Source: the human T2T-CHM13v2.0 reference genome, Homo sapiens. From it: a stretch of DNA of 64,000 bases. How positions within the stretch are numbered: the first letter of the stretch is position 1; every line of letters starts with the position of its first letter. The DNA is taken from NCBI RefSeq assembly GCF_009914755.1, contig NC_060928.1; one strand, 5' to 3'. Shown one piece after another: positions 42,201-57,428 of the stretch. Made by a program: the position numbers and the translations under genes. The notes below the pieces were generated by a model, which was not told the DNA's origin, made no database searches, and was given only the letters and a program-made list of their open reading frames with translations.

Positions 42201-44615
42201 TAGTTCCTCATTAAGCAGCTTCTCCCAATTACTGTTGAATGTGAGAGTAGAATAGATTTACTGAGCTAAGGAAATTGTTGTTCAAACTGAACAATTTAGA
42301 AGACATTTCAAAGGATACTATATTTAAAAAGAAGTCTTAATATACACTTAACTGCCTTCTCATCTTTACTACTGTCTGAATATTTAGCAAGTACAGTTGG
42401 TATGTTTACACAGGCATCTCACTTATATTTATAAACATATCTAAAGAGATGTAGCTTGTGCTGTCTCTTTTTCACACCTTAAGAATATAAAATAGTGTGT
42501 TTCCTATCTGGTCCTGTGGGGCTAAATGTTGCTAAAACAACTAGTTGACTGGATCATTAGCAATTCTTAAACTGAACATGTAAATAACCATAAGCTAGTT
42601 AACGCCTAGACCATATCATTTTTCCTGTTTAACCTGTTTCTTCCTAAAGTCTGATGAAGGCATTACTTCCTCTATAGTTTCTCATTCCCTTTATTTAAAA
42701 TGTCTCTAGTGCTCCTTTGCTCAGGTTTGGCCTGAGAATCATGAGAATTCTATAGATTATTTTCTCAAGTATCAGCAAGCTAGAGATTCAGGTCTGCTTT
42801 TTTTAACTCTAAAGTTAAAATTTCTTGGTAACTTCCACTGTGAAATAATGGGGACCCTCCTAATTGGGCCAAATATCAAGAAGTAATTTAAGTTCAGCCT
42901 CTTTAATTCAAGTATTCTTTCTCAGTTCATCATTTTCCAACCCTATCAAGTGACTTGGGGCGTGATTACTACTTGCTTTGCCCAGTAAAATATAAATACT
43001 ATATTTAGCATTCCTCTGTAGATATAAACATTGTACAGCGTATCCTTTTCCATCTAGGACGACTCTTGCTGCGTGTATGTGTATGTGTGTTTGGGTGGGG
43101 ATATGTGAAGTGAGAGGGGCATTAACAGAAGTTAAGGGCATCTTTCAGAGTCCAACAGCCCATCTAGTGTCTCCTACCCCGCTGCTGATGCCTTTTGGTG
43201 ACTTCTACAAGCTGATAATTGTTTTCTTAGTTGTACATTCACTTCACAGTAGAAGTCCCTGGTGTTCTGGGCTTTTCAGCTGCTCATAAGCTACCAGTTG
43301 CCATTCTGATCTTCAGGTAAACGCTCTATATTTTGAACTTGTTATCCATTTTTATGCTTTCTTTTTGACTGGATTCTGTATTTCATTCCATAATTCCCAG
43401 ACTGCTGTTAATTTTGTATAGCATTTCTCTGTCTCATTTCATTCTTTCTTCTAATGTTTGATAAGCAGGCCATTGGACACCCACCATTGCCTTCTTTCAC
43501 AGAGGATTCCCATCTGCTAGAAAATTCCATATATTACACTGTAGTCCCCCTCACTCACTTCTGGCTAGATCCAAATTCAAGTTCCTAAGGAATGAATTGT
43601 AAATTATGTTTAGTATATCATATATTTCCCATATGATAGTAGAGGCTAGTTGTGATTCATTCATTCATTCAACAGATATGTATTAAGCACCTAGTTGGAG
43701 GAAGAACCTGGGTGTTCTTTAAATAGCTTGCATGTTAATGTGCATACTCAACTCTGGCAACCATCTTGATTTCATATGACATGAGATCAACTAAAATAAA
43801 ATTTGATTGGAGTGTAACTTGAAAACTCTTAGTAGCTAAATAAAAAAAGTAATGTTTATCTCTATTGGAATAGAAGCAGCAATGGTTCACTGGGAAAGAT
43901 GGGAGTCATAAAATCCCTTTTAAAATACACTGGGCAAACTGGAGAAAGGTAATTTCAGGGAATAACATTGAAAAACTGTAAGAAGGCAAAAAGAAAGTCT
44001 GTTATTTAGGATGCAGGTAAGGTGGAGAGAAGATGGTGGAGCAGACTGACAGTGATGGCCAAAAGGCTGTACTTGAATAGGATAGAGCTGCCAAGTCCTG
44101 ATAAATGTTAAAGAGGCAGACCAGGAGATTGCTTCAAACTCTGTTTGGTAACAGCAGTAATTTGTTCTTCCAGGGTTCGGATTAAACAATACTTACCTAA
44201 GAGAAGAAGCTGTGGCTTCTGACTGGAGATTTTTGCTAGGAATTTGCACTTTTTCAATTTTCATTTCTAAAGACGTATTCCACTTCACTGCCAAAATGGT
44301 TTGCTCCAGTCTTTCCCTCAATAAGCAGTGAGCTAGAAAGCAAAGTCTTAGACCTGGCATCCCATTTTCATTATTTCTCTGAGTGTCTTCAGACAACTGA
44401 GCGACCAAACTTTTTCATCATTAAAATGGAGCCTAGTCACAGTTGGTCATATGAGCAATTCTGCTTCTTAAATATTTTGTTTGTAATTGTACTCACAATA
44501 GCTTTGGCCAAAATTGTTTGGCTGTGTTGAATAATAAAAATGCAGGAATTAATATACAGATATTATAAATAAAATTAGAATGACAAAAGAAAATAAAATT
44601 ATGCCAGACAGCTTA

Positions 44616-44972
<357 letters not shown>

Positions 44973-46555
44973 TCAGGGCTGCATGTGGCACAGCTGTGGG
45001 GAGGATGGATTGGAATGACTCAAGGAAACTGGCCTCCAGAACCCAAAGGAAAATAAAAGTGTCAGAAGATTTGAGGAGAAACATCTGGAAGCAAGAACAA
45101 TTAACTTCGTGTTTTCAGGTGACTTTCTATGTGCAGTAGTATAATTAATTTTTCTCTACTACCTTTTTTTAAGAGCTGAAAAACCTGAGGAAATTGCTTT
45201 AATTGTTGTAGTTGTAAAACAAGTCATAGATGAGAAGCTGGACCTATGTGCTAAATTAAACACAGCAACATTCTATCCTTTTTTTAGCTACTATATTTAT
45301 GACCTAAGTGGCTCATTTTACACATAATATCTACTCCATGCAAAAAGCTTTGGTAATAGGAGGTCAAAAACATTTGTTATGAGATTAATTAGCCACCTTC
45401 TATGCTGGTTCCCCAAAGTATCAGCTATGCCTTAGGACATACTCTGAGAAGAGTTTAAAGTTAAAATGTTCTTTACAAGAAAAGAACACTGGAAAATAAA
45501 TTAAAATTGAAGGGGGGAAAAAAGGGTTTCAGCGCAGATGACCTGGTTTGTGATGGAAAAAGAGGTCAGGTATAATGTAGCATTCCATTTCATTTTTAAA
45601 ATGAAAAATGCCTACATATTGGCAGGAAAAGTCTGGTCTTCTGATTCAGCCAAGGAGGTCAGGTTAAAACTTTATTTTTTAAAGAAATAGATCGTATAAC
45701 TGGTTGCTTGAAATTAATTGGAATTTGGTACAATTGGAGAACCATTTTCCCTGAAGACTCATTCCTCTTAAATTGAGCAAATGTCAGCATCAGACATTAA
45801 AATACTAATGTTTGTCTTCTAATTCTCAAAGACGTATTGTGTGTGTTTCCTGTGGACATGTACACATGAACTTTCCTAGGCTGGTGTAAATGATTCATAC
45901 CAGGCTGTCTGTGACCATTGATCCCTTAAATGAAAGCAGCATTTTAGAAACTATTAGTGAACTAGAAAAAGAAAGAATGATTAGAACCGTAAGTGTAACC
46001 CTTTCAGATTCAATGTCTTCTTTTTAAAACAAATATTTTTTATCTATTAGTATTTAGTTTTTATTAATTTCTTAACATTTAAATTTATATACATTAAAAC
46101 TAGCGGTAGTTTCGATGTACATTTCTGAGTTTTAACACATGTATAGATTGATAGAACCACCACCACAACCAAGTAAAAGAATAGTTCCATCACACTCCAA
46201 AATTCCTTCATCCTTTCTCTTTGACCTTTACCCCCACCAGAACTCCTGAGAATCATTTGCCCATGTAACCTGTCACAATAGCTTTGCCTTTTCCAGAATG
46301 TCATGAAAATGGAATCTTATACTAAGTAATCTTTCGAGAGTGACTTCTGTTTGGGTCAACTCTTCATCATGTTTCCACACATCTTGTGGTAGCTTTTGTT
46401 CTGGGCTGTCCTTTTGAGGCCGTTTTCTATGATAGTTTCAAGGATGTTTGTTAAGATAGAGGTACTGTCTTCTTTTGAGGCAAACATTGGGCATAATTGC
46501 TGGAGCTCCTTTTATAAGGCTGGGGCGGTGCGGGGGGAGGTTTCTTTCTCTTTTT

Positions 46556-47179
<624 letters not shown>

Positions 47180-47500
47180 GGCTGTGGGTTTTCTAAGGTA
47201 GAGTTCCTCAGCTGTGACAAAAACTCATGTTCATCTGAGTCTGCCACTGCATTGTGCCCATGGGTTGGGGACTAGAGGAACTGACTGAATCATGAAGCAC
47301 ATGCTGGCTGCTGTGCTGTGAGTAATTAAGTTGTCTCTGACCCAGGAGTCTCTTGTTTTCTGTCAGCATCTATGACACTGTGGTGGGCAAAATTGTTAAC
47401 TCTGAAGCAAGATAAAGCCTCAGACACTTCACAATTCTTCATACTTCCTCCACTTAACATAATGTGTTTTGAGGCATTAGGTTATTTTATGTAGCATTAG

Positions 47501-47956
47501 TGTATCAGTTTCCTAGGGCTGCTGTAACAAACTATCAAAGGTTGGGTGGCTTAAAACAACACAAATTCATTTTCTCAGGAGGCTGGTGACCACAAGTCTG
47601 AAATTAAGGTGCCAACTGGGCTGTGCTCACTCTTGACATCTTTTCTTGATTCTTCCTGGCTTCTGGTGGTTTGCCAGAAACCATTTGTGTTCCTTGACTG
47701 GCAGTTACATAACTAAAATCTGTTTTCTTTGCCACATGGCATTCTTCCTATGTATGTGTCTATTTTCATATGGCTCCTTTTATATGGACACCAGTCATAT
47801 TGAATTAGGAAGCCACCCTATTACAGTATGACCTCTTCTTAACTAATTACATTTTCAATGGCCCTATTTCTAAATGAGGTCACATTGTGAGGTACTGGGG
47901 GTGGGGACTTCAACGTATCTTTTTATGGGGGGGGGGGCACAATTCAACCCATAAAA
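47501..47956 (-). mobile_element. MLT1 (B/C-like) MaLR LTR
   Basis: tgtatcagtttcctagggctgctgtaacaaa ... ggtcacattgtgaggtactgggggt ... cacaattcaacccata. Confidence 0.8.
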
Positions 47957-48124
47957 AGTATTGTTATTGCTAACTGCTATTCCATTGGATAGATGTACTA
48001 CAGTGTGTTTATCCATTTGTCTGTTGAAGAACATTTGTGTTATTTCCAGACTGGTAATTATGAGTGATGTAGCTAAATATTTGTATACAAGTTTTTGTGT
48101 GAACATAAGTATTTATTTCTGTAA

Positions 48125-48555
<431 letters not shown>

Positions 48556-49817
48556 CCTGCATTTTCTTAAACACTTGATGTTATCAGATTTTTTGTGTGT
48601 AGGTTTCTTTTTTCCTACTCAAGTAGATGTGTAGTGGTATCTCATTGTGGCTTTAATTTGCATTTCCCTACTAACTAATAATGATACTGAGCCTCTTTTC
48701 ATATGCTTGTCATCTATATACGTTGTCTGGTATGTTTGTTCAATCTTTTGCACATTTTAAAATTTGTTATTAAACTTGGAGAGATTTGTATATATTCTGT
48801 ATACAAATTGTCTGATAGACGTGATTTGAACACATTTTCTTTCAGACAATTGTTTGTTCTTTCATTTTCTTAACACTGCCTTTTACAAAGGAAAAAATTA
48901 TAATTTTGATGTGGTCTAATTTATCTTTTTTTTTCCATTCTGGTTTATGCTTTTGGTGTCATTTATGTGAACTCTTTGCCTAATCCTAGGTCACAAAGAT
49001 ATTGTTCTATGCTTTTATCTAAAGATTTTATACTTAGTATTTTAGATTTTGTAAATCCATGTTCCATTTTGAGTTAATTTTTGTATAAGGTATGAGGTAG
49101 AGATCAAATTCCTTTTTTCTGCCAATGGATCTCCAATTGTCTACCACTAATTTGCTGAAAAGTTATCTATTCACCATTGAAATATCTTTGTACATTTCTC
49201 GATTGACCATTTGTGAGTCTATCTCTGGACCTTCTGCTGTGTTCCACAAATTTATGTCTCCATCCTTCCATCAATACCACATTTTTTATTACTATAGATT
49301 TGGAGTAAATTTTAAAACTGGCTAATGTGAATCTTCCAACTTTGTTGGACTTTGAAAAACATTTTGGCTATTCTAGTTCTTTAATCTTTCTACAATACAT
49401 AGATTTTAGAATCAGTTTGTCTATATCTGCAAGGAAAACTTGCCAGGGTTTTGATTGGGATTGCATTAAATCTAGACAGCCAATTCATTTGAGAATTGAC
49501 ATCTTAGCTACAGTAAGTCTTCCAATCAACTGAGCTCTAATGAACTCAGTGTCTTTCCATTTTGTAGGTTTTCTTTGATTTTTTTTATCAGCATCTTGTA
49601 ATTTTATAATTTTTGTTTTCAATTGTATACATATCTTAAAAAACTTGAGGAAAAAAACCTATTATTTTTACCTACTTACTGTTATTTCTTCAAAATTCAC
49701 TTAGTAATTCTCCCCTTGTTGTTTCTACCACTTTAAAATTACAAAGTCATAAAATTTGTCCAATCCTTATTAGACTCTTACATGGAAAGATTCACCTTAG
49801 CCAAAATAAATATAAGT

Positions 49818-50140
49818 AGCCAGGCGCAGTAGCTCACACCTGTAATCCTAGCACTTTGGGAGGCCGAGGCGGGCAGATCACGAGGTCAGGAGATCGAGAC
49901 CATCCTGGCTAACACAGTGAAACCCCATCTCTACTAAAAATACAAAAAAAATTAGCCAGGCGTGGTAGCGGGCGCCTGTAGTCCCAGCTACTCGGGAGGC
50001 TGAGGCAGGAGAATGGTGTGAACCCGGGAGCGGAGGTTGCAGTGAGCCGAGATCACGCCACTGCACTCCAGCCTGGGAGACAGAGTGAGACTCCATCTCA
50101 AAAAAAAAAAAAAAAAAAAGAAAAAGAAAAAGAAAGAAAT
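49818..50140 (+). mobile_element. AluY/Sc-like
   Basis: Full dimer with a long A-rich tail. Confidence 0.95.
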
Positions 50141-50189
50141 ATATCATAAGTATTATTCTTTTGTCCTCCCCATCTAGATTTACTATGCC

Positions 50190-50535
50190 TCTGTCAAGGT
50201 AGTGGTTACATTACTGTGGTAAGCAATGAATTCAGTTTCGTCTTATTTATAGGCTACTTTGGTAGTATTTTCCAGTAGTGAAACAGTGTTGCATGAGGAA
50301 GTGATGCCAGGAGCTGTGACCATCCTTGCAACCACAAGGACGGAAGCCAATAGAAGAATAGTGTGAGAAGGATAGAAACAGCCTCAGTCCTTAGTGATGC
50401 TGTTGAGCCACCAAACTAACCTTGGGTCCTCGAAGTCGCAGATGTCCTTGTCTGGGAATTGTAAATGTCTCTGTGGTTTGAACCCAGTTAGGTATTTTGT
50501 TACTTGCAGCCGAAATACCTCCTGATACAAACACT
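50190..50535 (+). mobile_element. Old MLT1 (J-like) LTR fragment
   Basis: ccatccttgcaaccacaagg...ggtattttgttacttgcagccgaaa. Confidence 0.55.
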
Positions 50536-50877
50536 GATTTGGCTCCATCTTAGCTTCTCATTCTCATCACTTTTTGTGCCCCACCCCTCCTTTGCTTTCA
50601 CCAAGTGGTCAACATATCACTATTTTTCTGGATCTTTTCCTCTGCTCTCACTTTTTCCTCTCACACTGGAGCCCCCTCTATGCCTGCCCCCTCTGCAGCC
50701 TCTCCAGCTTTCCTCTAGGTAGGAAGATTCCAACCAAGTCAGCTTTGCCTAGGTTTTTCTGACTACACCTACCTTCTCAGCCGCCCACCACACTCACAGG
50801 TGCTCACACACGCATACACAATCTTCACCTACGGAATATCTGAAGCACTCATTTGACTCTGCATGCTGCTGAATACA

Positions 50878-51100
50878 ACAATAACTGAAGTTTACTGAGT
50901 GCCTACTTTCTGCCAGGCACCATGCCTACTACTTTATTTGCATCATCCCTTTTGAAACCCGTGAAAAGCTTATGAACTAATTACTGTCATTGCCTTCATA
51001 TCACCAGGGAGAAAATGAGATTTAAAGAAGCTTAGTTTCTCAAGTTCACACAGACATCTAATAAGTATCAGAGCTATAAAAATTCCAACCCAGGCCTAAC
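50878..51100 (-). mobile_element. MIR fragment
   Basis: tttactgagtgcctactttctgccaggcac ... caagttcacacag. Confidence 0.6.
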
Positions 51101-54100
51101 TGTAGGCCAGGACTGGTGTCAAGAACCCTATACAGAAGTGAGTACATGTGGCACACACATTGATTTATTTTCACTGCCACTGCATATTGTGAGAGACTAG
51201 ATTTTTGTCTTGAATTTCACTGTACTCCTTTCTCTGCCACAGGCCTAGTAGAAATAGCTACACAATAATGCACCCAGTTGATCAGGTGGTAGTCCTCTCC
51301 CCAAGCACTCTCACATTCTCCAGCTGTGGCCTTCCCTTCTCTATAAACACAGCTATCTTTATTAGTCTGTGACTAGCCCTGTCAGAAACATATGAGTTAA
51401 ATTTTACTAAGATGTTAATAGCTGACAAAGGTTGGTGGTTTCCTTCTCTGATTTGTATCTTAAAAAAAAAAAAAAAAGATTTTTAGAGAAGGTGTTTTGA
51501 ACTCAAAGGAATGACTCATGGTAAAACTTCCGGAAGGTAAACAGTGTTGAATATATATTCAAAAGGCATTTTGTGAGCAAATTCTGGCAAGCTGATGGTG
51601 ATAATGGGTGTGGTTGTTATGGTAAGGTAGGGTGGTGTGAAATAAGCAATCTTTTCAATATGAAAGCATTCCATTCTCTTCAAGGCACAGGCAACTTTTT
51701 TCATTGATTCTTCACCAGGAATCTCCAGATACTCCACCACCACTTATCTCCTTTTTCTGGGTGAAGTCTAATACACTAAAACAACAACAACAACAACAAA
51801 ACCACCGCTTTCTTCTCATAACCTTTTCAGTTGTGAATGTTGTATTACATACTTAAATAATTCCCACATTTTTGTGTAAATTCATATCCATTAAACAACT
51901 ATAAATGAAAATTAAATTAATCATACATAATCTTGTGTAACAGCCGTGTTAAGCAGTAAAATATTTGCCTGTGCTAGAAAATCTGTAGAAATAAAAATAT
52001 AGAACTGAAATTTAAGTTAGCTTTAGAAATAAATTGGACTAGGTTTCTCAAACTTGTCTGATCCACAAGAATTTTGGTGGATGCTTATTAAAATGTAGGC
52101 TCCACTCCAGACCTTTGGGGACCAGGAAATTCTTACGAGAAAGAACAGGTAACATTGAACTGGGGTAAGTGTTTCAGCTGCTCTTCAATAATGGTTTGCC
52201 ATTTGGAATCTGGGAGTGCCCACACCATAAGGTCATGCCAAAAAATATTTTATTTCTCCTTCCCTACCTCCCCTTCTTCCAAGAAACACTATGCCAGGCA
52301 GTGTTTCATCCTAAGAATGCAAAGATAGCAACAATGCTCACTGCAGTGCCAGACAGACAATAAACAATTACATGCAGTGGATTAAGTGTCAAAACGGAGG
52401 TAGTACAGGATACTGTGTGCTTAGAGAGGAGGAAATGACTCATTCCAGTATTTAAGACACATCTGAAATCTGCACATAGAAGATGCATGAATACAGACCC
52501 AGAGAACTGAGGAAGCCTGGTGTCTTCCGAACATTGTGAGAAGTCCACTATGGCCGAAGCTCAGGGTCAAGTTTGGGGTAGATGAGATTGGCAGGAATCA
52601 GACCGTGAATACACTTACATGCCACCTTGTAAGACTCTCTGCAGGACAGTCCTGCAGACAACCTGGAGTTGTTGAGAAGCCTAAATGTTTCCAGCAATTG
52701 GTATAAAAAGATTTGAAAATATAACATGACAAAAATGCCTTAGGGGAGAAGTTTAAGTCAACTTTGTTCTAAGCTAATATTCTATAGTCAATTAAAACTT
52801 TGATAATCTAGTGGAGACTCTTTTCAGCTGATACACAGCAAAATACATAAAAGAGCTGCTTTGGTTGATGCAGAAAGCTCAGTCCCATGTCAGTATTCCT
52901 GGAAATACAAGCTTCTAGCCAACAGCTTGCAAATCAAAGTTCTGTGTTTTCGGAAGACTGAATAATCGCATGGATATTTAGAATCTTACGATTGAAGGGT
53001 AATTTAGATATCACCTAGTTCAATGTCTATCTTTGAAGAGAGTTTCTTCAACTACATCCAGTATAACTCCTTCCAGGCAGCATCACTCAGGAGGTGTCTA
53101 GGCACTGAATAAAGTTTGCCCAGGTTTTAACACTTGCAGCAAAGGGGAGGCACTTGCACTCTCCTGCAGCTTACTCTCTGGTTAAGCAGAGTCATTCCTT
53201 AAGCATCTATCCTATGGTAATTAGGCATCTTTCTGATTTAAAGAACGTCTTTTGGGATAACCAACTTGGTATTATAGCTATCATGACTTCTGCTGCTCAC
53301 CTTTTAAGTTTCTTCAGTCCTTCCTTAAAACAGACACTCTCTCCTGCTGGGTCTCCATTCTCCCACATGCATTCCGATTTGACAATGTTGCCTTTTCAAA
53401 ATTCCATCGCCAGACATAGGTGCAACAATTCTTTCACTACTTTCTGCCTCCCATTTCTATGTATGCATTTTTTAAAAAAGACATTTGTCCTGAAAGGGCC
53501 TGGTCAGGGGCTTTTCTGGCTAATATTACCTTAAAATATATAAAGAAGGAATATCCATGAAACGAAAAGAGCAGTTCAGTGTTAAGCCTGACAGTGACTC
53601 ACTGTACAATGGAATGCTGACATTTAACATTATAATAAAAACTGGTATGTTGTTAAGATTGGCAGGCATTTTGTGTGTTTATGTGGAAAAAATAAGAACC
53701 TAGAACAGTGAAAGGAACATGGCAGAGACCTGGTGTTTGAGCAATGAATAAAATAAAAAGCCACATAACAAGGGAAAAGGACATCTCTTCAGTTGCGGAG
53801 ATCTCAAATTTGTTCAACCCAAGGGGCTTTCAGTTTTGAAGAAACTGGTGGGGCAAACTGAAAGGTCCCCTTTTCTAAATGGAGTGTGACAAGAGGGATC
53901 CAGTGAGTGAGAGACATGAAGTAGTAAGGTGAAAGTGTGAGACATTTAAGACAGACCATTGCCATGGTGCCTCCTACGGGGCTGACTTCATGTTGGGGGC
54001 CCTGGTTTCTGAGTAGAAAAATAGACGTGTATTAAAATTTATTTCACATGGGATGTGGCGAGGGTGAGAGGGAAGAAGTGTTTCAGGATAAGGCCATTCT

Positions 54101-54711
54101 GAGGGTTTCAGCCTCACCATGACACCACGTTCTGGGCTGATGCCACGAGATACTTCCAGCTTTGATGTCATCCTAAGTCATACACTGTAGATGGGCAGAG
54201 ATGTTTCTCTTCCCCTCCAGTTCGTTCATCTCATCACACAAGTTTGGTTTCTGAAGATTTTTCTTTTTCTCAAATACCATTTACGGAGAACAGAAGTAGA
54301 GGATATTTTAGACAGGAAAAACAGCTGATGCAGGGTCCGTCAAATCTAGCTCTTCGTTCTTGAAAACAGTTGAAAATTCAGCACTGAGTTTGAATCCCAT
54401 GAGAGTGAAGTCACCGTGGGGACTGGGTGCAGGAGGTCGGGGGACAGGAGGTTGTTTCTGTGTGTATGTCTGTGTCTGTGTGTGTAACCAGAGGTACACT
54501 GGCATGAGCAACTAAAGATTTCTATAGTTTCTCCAAAAGTGAAGGAGAGAAACCTAATAACTGATGGTCTAGAAAGGTTATCCCTTTTGAAGAAATAACT
54601 AGTTCTCTATCAACTTTTTTTGAGAGACCAAACTATTATGGAAAAATACACAGTATTACTTTCCTAACCACTCATCAGAAAGACCAAGCAATACTCACAT
54701 CAACTGCTTAT

Positions 54712-54731
54712 TTTAATGTCAAATGTTTATT
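54712..54731 (-). terminator. Likely distal polyadenylation signals of PPP3CA (AATAAA 54726-54731, ATTAAA 54712-54717)
   Basis: Plus-strand tttatt and tttaat. Downstream on the minus strand is a GU/U-rich tract (gttgatgtgagtattgcttggtctttctg). Confidence 0.7.
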
Positions 54732-56398
54732 TCTATGCCATAGTTGCCTCAGCACAATTTGTAAAAGAAAGGAATCCAAAAAAATGAAATTTTTTTAGTC
54801 AGGATATTTTCTCTGCAGTTATAAGAAAGAAAATAAACACCATGATACCAGAATCACCATTTCTTTCACATCATCACTCTAGTAAGTTGCATCTAAATAT
54901 TTTCCTTGGTTGCCACTTTTTTTAGGATGGAGAAATATCCACAGGAAAAAATGTCTGAATTCATTAAAATAACCTTGGGATAGTCTTTGCCAGACTGTAT
55001 CGAGAACATCTTTGTTTGGGTATGCTATATCGCTAATTGCCATATTCTTATTATTTAATATAACAGGCATACTTTATTATATAAAACAAAGTGCACTAAA
55101 GATGAACAATGTTACAAACAAACTGAAATTTGGTGTATCTTAAATCTTCGGGTGATGATTAGATAGTAGCTGAAGCGTGGGTATACAAATTTCTTGTTAA
55201 TACAAATGCAACTCTTTTCTGTGATGAAAATGCACTTAGTAGCCTAGTACTTTTTGCTTTAGCAGATAGATAGGGCATCCAATACAACTGAAACAACCTG
55301 ATAACAAATTAATTTTATTTTTCAATAAAAAGGAATGCTCTGGTTTTTTAACTGGCTCCTTGAGGAAGCCAGAAGATGGCATCTGCTCTTTAAACAGGCT
55401 TCTCTTATCTGATTTGAGACACAAATCCACCAAGATTCTTTCTTACAGTGGAAGTAGGCACCACCCCTCAGATCACGAGGCCCCTAGGAAGAAGCCTGTG
55501 GAAATCAGCCTGTGATGTGTGGTGGTGGGCCAGCACCTAGAAGACACATGGTGGTTGTGCACATAAATCCCTTCAGCGGACTCAGTGGAAGGATGAGAAT
55601 TCTGTAAGTTCATGCACATTTTATTGAGTAGTAATATAAAATGCTTTTTCTTTTTCATTGTTACAAGTGCATGCTTTGATTGCCAACATGTCAGAAGTCA
55701 AATTACAAAGGCAAGGCTTTAGGCTGTAGTGAATTACTTGGGCACTTATACAATTGTTAAAAAATATGAATGGACTTTTGTTGTTGTTGTTTTCAGAATG
55801 AACCAGTTGTAACCCGTAACTGATATACAAAGGGAAAAAAGTGAAAAAAGTACATATTTTGTGGCACATGACAGAACAGAACAAAATAACTAAACTGTTA
55901 TGACATTAACAGTTGCCATGCATTTAGAGTTTCACATGTAACTACAAACTTATTATAATTTCACAAGGTTTGCTAAACATGCTAACCATCTACATGTGCA
56001 TTGACAAGCTTATGTTAAAAACTTTAAAGAATACTCTCCCCTTTAGATTTTTTCAAAGCTTTTTTTTGATTACAAAATTTCAAAGGCATTAAGCATTTTA
56101 GAGAATATAAAGTACGCCAGTATACATACATTTCCAGTATATGTCAGACCACTAAGCGCATTACAGTCCCATACAGGCCGATACAGCCATTTTTTTTTTC
56201 TTAAAAAACATGCATAGGCAGATTTTTTTTTTTTTTACAGAATATAGATGCTTTATCACTGTACTTAATATGGTGTCTTGTTCACTATACTTAAAAATGC
56301 ACCACTCATAAATATTTAATTCAGCAAGCCACAACCAAGACTTGATTTTATCAACAAAAACCCCTAAATATAAACGGCAAAAAAGATAGATATAATTA

Positions 56399-56406
56399 TT
56401 CCAGTT
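56399..56406 (-). promoter_or_regulatory. miR-145-5p 8mer seed site (AACUGGAA) in PPP3CA 3' UTR
   Basis: Plus ttccagtt. Confidence 0.6.
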
Positions 56407-56594
56407 TTTTTAAAACTTAAAAGATATTCCATTGCCGAATTAAGAAGAAGATAAGTGTTATATGGAAAGAAGGGCATTCAAGCACACTAAAGAAACCTGA
56501 GGTAAGCATAATCTGTACAAAATTAAACTGTCCTTTTTGGCATTTTAACAAATTTGCAACGTTCTTTTTTTTCTTTTTCTGTTTTTTTTTTTTT

Positions 56595-56602
56595 TTAAGA
56601 CT
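56595..56602 (-). promoter_or_regulatory. miR-499-5p 8mer seed site (AGUCUUAA) in PPP3CA 3' UTR
   Basis: Plus ttaagact. miR-499 is a known regulator of calcineurin A. Confidence 0.65.
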
Positions 56603-56723
56603 GCCTAATTCAGTTTATAGCCATTGTCTGACAAGAGTAGCAAAACATTATCAATAAATAGTCCTTAGTTTGTACATCATTTTGTTAAAAATGTTTGATG
56701 TCATCCATTTTTAGTGCTGCGAC

Positions 56724-56999
56724 TGTAAACGTACAATAGAGTAAGAAATTAGACAAAGTTTTCATGTCCAGTAACAGAATAAAAGGCCTTTCATTAACCT
56801 ATCTAGAAGTCCCCAATGCAGTAGGAAAACATGTTCATTCCCCTAACATTGCAGTATATACTAGCATTAGCTTTCTTTTTAAAATTTTTTTTCTCTATAA
56901 GCATTTTTAAAAGGCATACCCAAAAGAGGTGTTTAATCACCATCCCCACCAAAATATAGTTTATTATCTCTCTCCCTCTTTTTTAATGATAGTGTAAAC
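56724..56999 (-). promoter_or_regulatory. Two miR-30-5p 7mer-A1 sites (GUUUACA) at 56724-56730 and 56993-56999
   Basis: Plus tgtaaac occurs twice. The miR-30 family is a known regulator of calcineurin pathway genes. Confidence 0.55.
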
Positions 57000-57097
57000 T
57001 GAATCCAATTCCTGGCCCCCAGAGCAAATAAGCTACTGTCAGAGGCAAGAACATCCAACTGCTGATATGCAGCAATCCCCATCATGCCCCGCAGCTC

Positions 57098-57125
57098 AAA
57101 AAAAAAAAAAAAAAAAAAAAAAAAA
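57098..57125 (-). repeat. T28 homopolymer starting 15 nt after the PPP3CA stop codon
   Basis: 28 consecutive A on the plus strand. Confidence 0.95.
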
Positions 57126-57140
57126 GTGAACAGGAAGTGG

Positions 57141-57428
<288 letters not shown>

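Larger units (their letters stand above)
54700..57140 (-). other. PPP3CA: PPP3CA 3' UTR (~2.4 kb; distal end approximate)
   Basis: AU-rich sequence after the stop with no recognisable interspersed repeats, ending at a poly(A) signal pair followed by GU-rich sequence. Confidence 0.8.
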
